A stretch of DNA of 64,000 nucleotides from a virus. The notes below the pieces were generated by a model. That model searched no databases, was not told the DNA's origin, and saw only the letters and a program-made list of their open reading frames with translations. Positions 41,586 through 50,209 of the stretch are shown here, piece by piece. Positions within the stretch are counted from its first letter, which is position 1, and each line of letters starts with the position of its first letter. The position numbers and the translations under genes are program-made. The stretch lies in IMG/VR virus record IMGVR_UViG_3300004481_000068. One strand, 5' to 3'.

Positions 41586-42935
41586 TTGAGGTACCTAATG
41601 GCTCTTGGTCGTATTATGGACATTGCATGTGTGCCGTATGGTAGTGGAAGATATTATGTCGCGCTACGCGGTTATGACGGTATTCCAGATAAGGGAAAAG
41701 AAATTTATTATAGTCTTGATCTCAGACATTGGCAGTTGATATATACAGCTGAAGAGCCTTTGACTGCTATTACGACTGACGGGTTTGAAGTTTTTGTTGC
41801 CACAGGTATAAACGGCAATGTTTATGCTACAAACATTAATAGTACACCGTGGGCAAAAGTTTATACAGGAGCAACATCATTATTGGCTGTTGCTTTTGGA
41901 TTATATGAGAGTGAGAAATTATTTGTTGCAGTGGGACATGAGGATTATGCAGGTGTAATTGTCATATCAGACGACGGTTTTACTTGGGAATTAAAGCTTT
42001 CATACGGTGCTGCATTAAAGTGCGTGTCTGTAGCTGTGTCATCTGATGGCGGAACTGACCATTTGCAAGTTATGGTTGGGATGTGGACAAATTATGACGG
42101 TAGTTTTGATGCTATATTAAAATCAGATGATGCGTTTGATACTTATAGTACAGAAGTCACTTTACCAGTGCAGAATAAAATACAAATGATCAGTCAAAAC
42201 AGTATTATTGCTGGTATAGATGGAAAAATTTATGAACGCTCAAGCATTAGTAATTGGGTAGATACATCAAATGCAGATACTAGAGATATATTTTCTTTTG
42301 CTAAGCACGGGACGATGCTACCACCAGAACCACCTCCGCCGTCTCTTCCAGTGGGTTGGTGGAAAGGTGAAGATAATACAGTAGATTCCATAAATGGTAT
42401 GGATGCTACTTGGCATATAACACCGGCTTATGAGACTGGTCAAGTAAATAGAGCTTTTAGTATTGCCTATACTTTCGCAGACAATTATGGATTAAGCGTT
42501 GCAAATAATCCATTATTCAATTTTGATCCATCTGGATCATTTTCGATTAAATTTTATCTAAAATCTAGATATTTATCATTAGGTAATCCTTGTGGTTTAG
42601 TAACTAAAGGACGAATGTTCTCATTTGATTGGGGAGTTGGTTTTAGTAATTCAGCACAAATTGGTGTATTCACAGCAACATCTAGTTTAACTTATTCCGA
42701 CGGAGTTATAACAGATAACAATTTTCATGACATTCTAGTATCTTATAATAATGGAAAATATAAAGTGTATTTGGATGGTGCTGATGTTACAGGAGTTCAA
42801 TTGACTAATAATACTTATTTATGCAGCAATACATCACTCTCATTATATTTTTGCACATCGTATTATGGTGAATTTGATGGCGCACTAGATGAAATAATGC
42901 TTTTTGATACTATAAAAATACCAAGTGACTTTTGA
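41586..42935 (+). CDS. Putative virion fibre protein: propeller-like repeats, Pro linker, LamG/concanavalin-A-like domain
   Basis: Asp-box SDDGFTW; PPEPPPPS; PVGWWKGE...FNFD..GSFSIKFY...KVYLDG...FDGALDEIMLF. Confidence 0.65.
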   Translation: MRYLMALGRIMDIACVPYGSGRYYVALRGYDGIPDKGKEIYYSLDLRHWQLIYTAEEPLTAITTDGFEVFVATGINGNVYATNINSTPWAKVYTGATSLLAVAFGLYESEKLFVAVGHEDYAGVIVISDDGFTWELKLSYGAALKCVSVAVSSDGGTDHLQVMVGMWTNYDGSFDAILKSDDAFDTYSTEVTLPVQNKIQMISQNSIIAGIDGKIYERSSISNWVDTSNADTRDIFSFAKHGTMLPPEPPPPSLPVGWWKGEDNTVDSINGMDATWHITPAYETGQVNRAFSIAYTFADNYGLSVANNPLFNFDPSGSFSIKFYLKSRYLSLGNPCGLVTKGRMFSFDWGVGFSNSAQIGVFTATSSLTYSDGVITDNNFHDILVSYNNGKYKVYLDGADVTGVQLTNNTYLCSNTSLSLYFCTSYYGEFDGALDEIMLFDTIKIPSDF

Positions 42936-42987
42936 GTAGGAAATAATAAGATGATAACACATTAACACGTAACAACAGGAGGTTTTT

Positions 42988-44193
42988 ATGGCAGATTATC
43001 AAATTGAATCAGGCGCGTGTCACGGTAGGGGATTTGCTGGATTAGATGCTAATGGATTTCTTGCAAAATTTTATACGTGGGTGACGAAATCTGCAATGTC
43101 AGGTGGTCCCGGTTGGTACATTATTGATGACCAGAGTAGTATTGCTAATCCGTACATTGTTGTGTGCGACATAGCTTCGCCAGTAGTAAATGATATTGAT
43201 ACTGGTAAGGCCGGTGGCCCACCGAAGTTTATTAAGATTAGCAAGATCGATGCCGAATCTGGCAAAATTCGTGCTCAATATTATTGTTGGTGGGATACAG
43301 GTACACATATTGGACAAGGTCTTTTTGCTGGATATTTTATTAACACATATGATGACGCTGACTTTGCTTATGATTTTAGGGGTGGTGATGAATGTATGAT
43401 CATCCAATCAAGATTAGGAACTGCATGGGATTCGGCTATGCTTGATGAGTGGCTCGGTGATACTAATTTAGTTGAGGCGACAACAAAAGTCGGTGTTCTT
43501 CAATCAGGTGTTGTTGCTGGATCAGATGTTGTTTTACAGTTAAATACTGGTGAAGCTGCAAATTTTACATTGAATAAGTATTATTATATATACGATTTTA
43601 ATGGTCATACTTGGGCTAATTATTGCAAATGTACAAATGTTAATACAGGATTAGATCAGATAACAGTTGGCTTAATAAATCAAAATTTTCCAACTGGTTC
43701 AGTAGTATGTGCATATGTTCATAGGTGGATGGCGAGCGGAAATCACCTCGGAGGTTGGACAGCAGACCTTAACTCGCCGGATTATTGTTCACGGATTCCG
43801 TATTATTCGTCAATCAGTGATCAAACCCGTGTAATACACAATCAAACTTCTTCAATACAAGGTGCATCTTTTCCAGCAATTGTTTATCAATATGTGATAA
43901 AAATGGCACCTAATGATGAAGGAGTTTATGCTGTTATGAAACCGGGAGTAGTTGAAAAAGGCAGACCTAATGGTTATGCAGGTGATAGTGAAAATAATCG
44001 CGGATATGGAACATTAAAAAATTTATATGTAAGTGCGCTTGGATCAATGGCACGTGGATTAGATGGAAAGGTAATCGCAGGCAATAACTGGTTGTATTTT
44101 CAAAATACTAGTGAATTTATGAGTACTGACAGCGACATAGCAGCATTGTTTCTCGACACAGCGTCATCGCCGATACCGCCGCCACCCTATTGA
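42988..44193 (+). CDS. Putative virion structural protein
   Basis: 401 aa, G/Y/W/D-rich beta-type composition; SD AGGAGG; between fibre-like genes. Confidence 0.5.
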   Translation: MADYQIESGACHGRGFAGLDANGFLAKFYTWVTKSAMSGGPGWYIIDDQSSIANPYIVVCDIASPVVNDIDTGKAGGPPKFIKISKIDAESGKIRAQYYCWWDTGTHIGQGLFAGYFINTYDDADFAYDFRGGDECMIIQSRLGTAWDSAMLDEWLGDTNLVEATTKVGVLQSGVVAGSDVVLQLNTGEAANFTLNKYYYIYDFNGHTWANYCKCTNVNTGLDQITVGLINQNFPTGSVVCAYVHRWMASGNHLGGWTADLNSPDYCSRIPYYSSISDQTRVIHNQTSSIQGASFPAIVYQYVIKMAPNDEGVYAVMKPGVVEKGRPNGYAGDSENNRGYGTLKNLYVSALGSMARGLDGKVIAGNNWLYFQNTSEFMSTDSDIAALFLDTASSPIPPPPY

Positions 44194-44207
44194 GTTAAAG
44201 GGAAACT

Positions 44208-44849
44208 ATGTACGATCCAGCAATTGATATTAGCTATTTTTTAAGTGAGCTATTATTTACGAGCGGAAACTGTCTTGCTAGTGGAACAAAAGTTTTAAAT
44301 AGCTCATTTGAAATTAGCACGCCAACTGAATTTTCAGAGGGCGCATGTATTGGCTCTCCGGGACGTTGTTTTTTACAGTCAATTGACGTAAATATTGATT
44401 TCATATTTGACACATCATCATATGTTTCTAGTTCGTCTAAAGTATATTCAAGAACTCTAATACAAACTATTTATGTTTGGCCAACTACTGTCGGCGACAC
44501 AGGACAAATAATAGCATTCATTTCTTTAGAGGTTCCGCCTAGTCAGCTTGTTGTCGGCGGTGGTTGGAGAGTAACACGTAATAATGGATTAGGGTGGACT
44601 GACACTATTGACACGCCGTTAGCGCAAGATCATCGAAAGATAATCAATCCAAATGACGGTGTTGCTTACGATCCTGATTATATTGTTGTAGGCATGAATA
44701 CGAAAATTTTCAGGTCGTCTGATCGTGGTACGACATGGGAGACAATAGTAATTAAAGAAATGGTAACGTATGCAGATTTGAGGCCGGCAATTTTACGAGT
44801 TATTGGGTCACATCTTTATGTTTTATGGGAGAACAATATAGGATTGTAA
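44208..44849 (+). CDS. Putative structural protein with Asp-box repeats
   Basis: TRNNGLGW, SSDRGTTW. Confidence 0.5.
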   Translation: MYDPAIDISYFLSELLFTSGNCLASGTKVLNSSFEISTPTEFSEGACIGSPGRCFLQSIDVNIDFIFDTSSYVSSSSKVYSRTLIQTIYVWPTTVGDTGQIIAFISLEVPPSQLVVGGGWRVTRNNGLGWTDTIDTPLAQDHRKIINPNDGVAYDPDYIVVGMNTKIFRSSDRGTTWETIVIKEMVTYADLRPAILRVIGSHLYVLWENNIGL

Positions 44850-44984
44850 TTTATTTCAGCTTAAATTCATATAATTAAAGTATGGAGAAATTAACAATGT
44901 CAGAAGTAATTATCACTTCTATAATCTGCAAATATGACAATTTTATCATCTCAAAATTATTCAAGATTTTAGAATAAACTAAGG

Positions 44985-45941
44985 ATGGGTAGTATGCGTA
45001 AATTAAATATTGTTAAAGTTATAGATCAATGGGGCTGGGCTTATCATTTTTTAGATAAAGAACAGCAAAAATATTCAAGACATAATATTATTATTCAAAA
45101 GTATAATGATATTTGTCTTGATAATATAGATTTATTGTATATTCACGGTGCTGATATTACAATAGCAACTAGAGAGGAATTACCTTTACGAGCTCATGAA
45201 AAGGGTATTAAAGTGATTGGTGGTTATGGCGGTTATACAACATTAAAGTATCCTTTTGTCGACGCAATAATAGTAATAGCGCCTCAGTCGTATGAATTTG
45301 CTAAAGCCAATTATGATAAGCCCGTAATATTTTTGCCTGAATCTATTGATACTGATTTTTTCAAATTTCGTATAATAAACAAAAGTAGTTTTAGAGTGGG
45401 TTTTGCTGGACGAATAGCTGATGTAAAGAGGCCTCATTTGTTAAACGCACTTAAATATGATGTTATTAAGAAGTCTGATTGGGGGCCTCAATTTTTTACT
45501 AAAGATCGAACACTTGAAGCGATGGTAAAGTTTTATAATCAAATGGATGTAATACTTTTGACTAGCAAATCAGAGTGTATGCCTCGATGTATCTTAGAAG
45601 CAATGTCATGCGGATTACCTGTGATAGCTACTAATGTAGGTTGTGTAAAGATGTTGCTTGAACCACGATACGTTGTTGCTGCACAGCCAGATGAGGCTGT
45701 TATACAGCAAATTAATGATCGACTAAGTTGTCTTGCACGCAGTCCTGAATTACGACAGAGTATAGGCAGACGAAACAGAATTCATGTAGAAAAGTTTTTT
45801 AGTTGGAAAAGTAATATAAAATATTGGGATTTAGCATTTGATTGCATATACAATGGAGACAATAAGGGTGCTATAGACGCATCAATGGCATTTAGAAATC
45901 ATTTAGAACAATCCGTGAATCTTAATGAATTAATAAGCTAA
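44985..45941 (+). CDS. GT-B (GT4/family 1-like) glycosyltransferase
   Basis: IDTDFF, VGFAGR..KR, SKSECMPRCILEAMSCGLPVIATNVG (E-x7-E). Confidence 0.9.
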   Translation: MGSMRKLNIVKVIDQWGWAYHFLDKEQQKYSRHNIIIQKYNDICLDNIDLLYIHGADITIATREELPLRAHEKGIKVIGGYGGYTTLKYPFVDAIIVIAPQSYEFAKANYDKPVIFLPESIDTDFFKFRIINKSSFRVGFAGRIADVKRPHLLNALKYDVIKKSDWGPQFFTKDRTLEAMVKFYNQMDVILLTSKSECMPRCILEAMSCGLPVIATNVGCVKMLLEPRYVVAAQPDEAVIQQINDRLSCLARSPELRQSIGRRNRIHVEKFFSWKSNIKYWDLAFDCIYNGDNKGAIDASMAFRNHLEQSVNLNELIS

Positions 45942-45953
45942 TAGGAAAATATT

Positions 45954-47051
45954 ATGAACAATTTGATGGAAAATTACACAAAAGGTAGTGAATATATTGA
46001 TAAAATTATTCTAAAATCTGATTCACCGTATTTGTATAAATTATTAGACCGAATTTATGATAGATGGGACACAACAGAACGAGTTTATGATAGATGGAGT
46101 ACTATGAATAAATGGGTTCAACAATATAAAAACGGTGCATCTTTTGATGAAATGATGAATTGTTCGGAGGCTGAATCGTATGGTAAATGGTGGTCTCACA
46201 ATCAAACTAGTAAAACGTCTGAAGAAATAAATAATAGGAAAAAACAAATTGTTGATATGATAATTAGCATTGCTAATAATGGTTATAATGAAAATGATTG
46301 GTTAAATACAAACGGATGGTGCCCGATAAAAGTAAGCATCGACGGGATGGGCACATTGTGGACGTTTGACGGTGCTCACAGAACTATGATTCTAGCTGCT
46401 CTTGGAATAGACATACCTGCTAAAATTGAATTTATTCGGACTAATTTTTTAGAGTCAATTTTACCATTATCAATGCTATATCAGCCGTCTAGCCATCCAT
46501 GTGTTCAAAATTTAAAAGTGATTAGAAAAGACTTTGCGCGTTATCAAGCTGTTTGTGATGTTATGAGCACATTAAATATAAAAACTGCATGTGAAATAGG
46601 TTGCGCTGAAGGAGAGGGATTGATTGTTTTGGCTAAAAATGGAGTAGAAATTACTGGTATAGAAAATGATGAATCAAGATTGACATTGTCAAGATCATTA
46701 TGTGAAGTAACAAAAAAAGCAAAAGTAAGGAAACAACTTAATGCAGTTCAATATGATATATGTGATGCATGTATAGGATTAAGTGTATGGCATCATTTAG
46801 CACAAGATTTAAAAAGCTTAAATAAGTGTGTAGATTTAACTAAGAATGTTAAATTTCAATTTGTTGAAATGCCTGAGCATGGATCAAAAACATTTCAACA
46901 ACAATTGATAGATGATACAGGCTGGAATTGGGAAGACGTCGGTGAAAAGCTTACACAACATATTATGGACAGAGGCGGATATAAAAAGTCAGAAGTTGTT
47001 TATGTAGATGAAAAATATGCTAATCGTAAAACAATATTATTAAGTAAATAA
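45954..47051 (+). CDS. ParB/Srx-like N-domain fused to class I methyltransferase
   Basis: IISIANNGY...PIKV...DGAHR; C-terminal CEIGCAEG, ITGIEND, LSVWHH. Confidence 0.65.
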   Translation: MNNLMENYTKGSEYIDKIILKSDSPYLYKLLDRIYDRWDTTERVYDRWSTMNKWVQQYKNGASFDEMMNCSEAESYGKWWSHNQTSKTSEEINNRKKQIVDMIISIANNGYNENDWLNTNGWCPIKVSIDGMGTLWTFDGAHRTMILAALGIDIPAKIEFIRTNFLESILPLSMLYQPSSHPCVQNLKVIRKDFARYQAVCDVMSTLNIKTACEIGCAEGEGLIVLAKNGVEITGIENDESRLTLSRSLCEVTKKAKVRKQLNAVQYDICDACIGLSVWHHLAQDLKSLNKCVDLTKNVKFQFVEMPEHGSKTFQQQLIDDTGWNWEDVGEKLTQHIMDRGGYKKSEVVYVDEKYANRKTILLSK

Positions 47052-48107
47052 ATGAAAATTGGAATAATAGTTAAAAACGACGATAAACTGTCTTATAACT
47101 TATCTCATCATAGTGCGTATTATATAATGGGATTGGCAAAATGTGATGAAATAACTGAAATTGTGTCTAACTCAAAATTAATTCCTGCTTATTCATGGTT
47201 TAAAATTCCAGAAGATAAAATTATCATTAAATCAATTAACGATATTGAATCTGACAATACTCTTGATTTTGTGCTCTATGATTGGTATTTTTTTAAATGT
47301 AAAGAGTGCCCTAATGCAAAATCAAAAAAAATTGTGTTTGACATGACAGACATGATTTACCCATTTAGTTGGGAAAATCAAAAAAGATTAAATATGTTTG
47401 ATTATGTATTTAAAATTTCATTAGTTAAAGATAGAGAGTGCTTATATATGCCGAGTAAAAGAGTCGAGCATCATGAACATGAGGTTATTACCAAAGAAAT
47501 TTCTTTAAAATATCGTCCGTTAATGTATGTCGGAAGTAGCGCAGTGCCTTATCCAGATTTGCCGTTTATTTCGAGATATAGTATTTCATTTCATGGTTCT
47601 ATTACTTCAAAAGATAGAATTGAATCTGTTAAAACACTTAAAGAAACATTTGGAGATAAGTTTTTTGGTGGTTTTATGAGAGACACTAGAAAAAATTCTA
47701 TTTTTGATGAAGACGGATTTCAGTTAATTGGTGAAAAAACAATTTATAATGTTCCAAGAGTAGATTACAACATGTATTTAAAATTAATGCGATTAAGTGT
47801 TATAAGTTTATCTCCTGCGGGATTTGGTAGAAATACTCATAGATTTATAGACATTCTTGGAATGGGCGGATTTGCATTAGCAGCAGACAATACTCATATA
47901 GATTATGGAATGTTAGGTCCCAAAGACGGTATACATTATGTTTGTTATAATAGAAACAGATCTGATTTAGTGGATAAAGTTAATTATTACTTAAAAAATC
48001 GAGACAAAGCTCTCGAAATTGGCGAGCGCGCAAAAAAGTATATGAGTAAAACATATTGCAACTCATCACTAATGGCAAAAACATACATTTTAAATGTGAT
48101 AAATTAG
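47052..48107 (+). CDS. Glycosyltransferase-like protein (GT-B C-domain)
   Basis: ISFHGS...R, SLSPAGFG...RF.D.L..GGF, HYV.Y...DLVDKVNYYL...EIGERA. Confidence 0.65.
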   Translation: MKIGIIVKNDDKLSYNLSHHSAYYIMGLAKCDEITEIVSNSKLIPAYSWFKIPEDKIIIKSINDIESDNTLDFVLYDWYFFKCKECPNAKSKKIVFDMTDMIYPFSWENQKRLNMFDYVFKISLVKDRECLYMPSKRVEHHEHEVITKEISLKYRPLMYVGSSAVPYPDLPFISRYSISFHGSITSKDRIESVKTLKETFGDKFFGGFMRDTRKNSIFDEDGFQLIGEKTIYNVPRVDYNMYLKLMRLSVISLSPAGFGRNTHRFIDILGMGGFALAADNTHIDYGMLGPKDGIHYVCYNRNRSDLVDKVNYYLKNRDKALEIGERAKKYMSKTYCNSSLMAKTYILNVIN

Positions 48108-48295
48108 TTTTCAGGTGCTGATAAACGGTGAATTGGCAGGTCTTTTTCTAACAATCCCTTAGGTTGAACTTTTTTTGGAACAGATGTAAACACGACTGGT
48201 TTGTGAGGCTCAACACACTGTGGTTTATTAGGATTTTCTGGTCCTTTTGTTGCTTCTTTTAAAAAATCCAATGTTATTTGTGCTAGATGTTTCAT
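48104..48295 (-). CDS. Leader-motif microprotein
   Basis: MKHLAQITLDFLKEATKGPENPNKP; 63 aa. Confidence 0.65.
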   Translation of the reverse strand: MKHLAQITLDFLKEATKGPENPNKPQCVEPHKPVVFTSVPKKVQPKGLLEKDLPIHRLSAPEN

Positions 48296-48353
48296 ATAGT
48301 TATAGAAACTATAAAGTCAAAAAAACGTTGACAAATTACTTGATTATAGATAT

Positions 48354-48740
48354 ATGCGAAAAACAGCTTTTACTGCACATCTATCGTTTAAACGAAATAA
48401 GATATTTGTAGACAATCCTCATCTACAGTCATTGGCTGCGTTGGTCTTATTGATTGGAAAATATAATAAGAAAACTAATGAGCAATGGACTGTTTTTCGT
48501 CAGAAATTTTTAATGTCACAAATTCGTATTTGGTGGAAACCATGGACATGGTCAAAAAAGTCTACATTAACATGCGCTTATTGTGGCAGAGATGATTTAA
48601 AAGTAGTTGACATACATGCAAAAAACTGTGCTACAATAGATCATATTGTACCGACGTCAAAGGGTGGAGCATTAACGGATCCTGAAAATTGTTGTGTTGC
48701 ATGTAGGGCTTGTAATGAAGAAAAATCAGATACAATTTAA
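48354..48740 (+). CDS. HNH endonuclease
   Basis: CAYCG...ATIDHIVPTSKGG...ENCCVACRACNEEK. Confidence 0.9.
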   Translation: MRKTAFTAHLSFKRNKIFVDNPHLQSLAALVLLIGKYNKKTNEQWTVFRQKFLMSQIRIWWKPWTWSKKSTLTCAYCGRDDLKVVDIHAKNCATIDHIVPTSKGGALTDPENCCVACRACNEEKSDTI

Positions 48741-49009
48741 GTATAAGCCTCACTAAATTTGTCGTTAAATAGATCTGTAAGAATTTTTGCTATTTCGTCT
48801 TCTTGTTGTCCATTGATTGTAATTAAAATCTTACAGCCTGTTGCTGCAGTTAATTTCATAAGCGAAAGAATACTTTTTGCATTAACAGTCATAATACCAT
48901 TATCAAATGTCACATCAGCGCTGAACAGTTCAAGACGATTGACGATCAATCGACACGGCCGTGCATGTAAACCTGACTTATTTAACACTGTTAGTGTCAA
49001 TTGTTTCAT
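48737..49009 (-). CDS. ptsH: HPr-family PTS phosphocarrier protein
   Basis: GLHARP (His15 signature) and NAKSILSLM (Ser46 signature); 90 aa. Confidence 0.9.
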   Translation of the reverse strand: MKQLTLTVLNKSGLHARPCRLIVNRLELFSADVTFDNGIMTVNAKSILSLMKLTAATGCKILITINGQQEDEIAKILTDLFNDKFSEAYT

Positions 49010-49310
49010 ATAATTTAGTTAATTCTGGGTCAGGTTGATGGTTTGCACAATCTTTTGTAGCTTTATATCTGCAATCTGCTATTTTACAAGTACGACATAA
49101 TGATTTAAAAAAACTTCTTTTGAACACTCCTGCATACTTGCTTATCCAATGTGAAATATAACTAGTACCTGGGTCATTTTTTATTTTTTCGCCTTCAATC
49201 CATTTTGCAACTTCGATTGCTTTGATTTCAGCTTCTAAGAAAATTATTAATTTCGTATCAGGCGGTTGCGGACATTGTTGCATCATATACTCCCCTGATA
49301 AATGTATAAC

Positions 49311-50018
49311 TTATCCGAGTTGTTTTATGACAGGTATCATATTATTTTTTGCATCTTTTAATTTGTCAAATCTTGCAAGTTCTTTACCTTCAGGTGAAAA
49401 TATTGAATAGTAAGCTGTCAGTCCGCCGTTTGGGCCTGCTGACGTTTGACTTTCAATGTACCAATTTAAATTATGTGCAAAATACCTACATTTGCCGTTA
49501 ACATTAATCGGTCGTTTCCAACATAATTTGTCAGGTATCATTTCAATTTTCATTTTAACAGCTTCTGCCGGCATTTGTTGCAATATAGGAGGAGCCGCTG
49601 GCATTTGCTGCAACATAGGAGTGGCTTTAGGCTGCGTTAATTGCGGAGCGATTGTGTTATTATTTATTAACGTTAGTATTTCATCAACTGTATTACATTT
49701 GTCTAATTCTTGTGTTAAATTAGTGACGTCTTGGTCGTTTATTGGATTATTTCTTAAATTTTTGATATACATGTCATGTTGATGTTCTACTTGTAGAGAC
49801 AAAGTTAAGAACATATTTGCACAATTGATTTCTTGGTCACTATCAGAATTATCTACGACATTTTGTAAAAAGACTTTCCATTCGCGAGGTTTCAATATCG
49901 CGATTGCAGGTGATTGCATTTCAATACTACCTACACGCAGATTCAAACCTCTAATATTGATGATACCTTTACTAGCAGCATCATGTAGTAAATCTTCGGG
50001 TCCGCTATAGAGTGCCAT
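49311..50018 (-). CDS. Hypothetical protein with Q/P/M-rich linker
   Basis: 235 aa; PMLQQMPAAPPILQQMPAE imperfect repeat. Confidence 0.6.
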   Translation of the reverse strand: MALYSGPEDLLHDAASKGIINIRGLNLRVGSIEMQSPAIAILKPREWKVFLQNVVDNSDSDQEINCANMFLTLSLQVEHQHDMYIKNLRNNPINDQDVTNLTQELDKCNTVDEILTLINNNTIAPQLTQPKATPMLQQMPAAPPILQQMPAEAVKMKIEMIPDKLCWKRPINVNGKCRYFAHNLNWYIESQTSAGPNGGLTAYYSIFSPEGKELARFDKLKDAKNNMIPVIKQLG

Positions 50019-50209
50019 TTTTGACCACCGATCTTAAATCATTAACCTTTTATTATATGAAAATATAAAGTGTTATTTAAATAGTCATCGATACAGTCGT
50101 AGAAAACGTGTAAAAAGTAACATTCTTTGTAAAGCTAATTGATTAAACTTGTGAATCTTTGCGAATCAGGTTGACTATAATCTATAATTACATACAAAGG
50201 AGTAATAGG

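Noticed and set aside
48328-48356. TTGACA-N17-TATATG sigma70-like promoter
   Set aside because: The -10 box overlaps the HNH start codon and is a weak match; cannot be supported without TSS data
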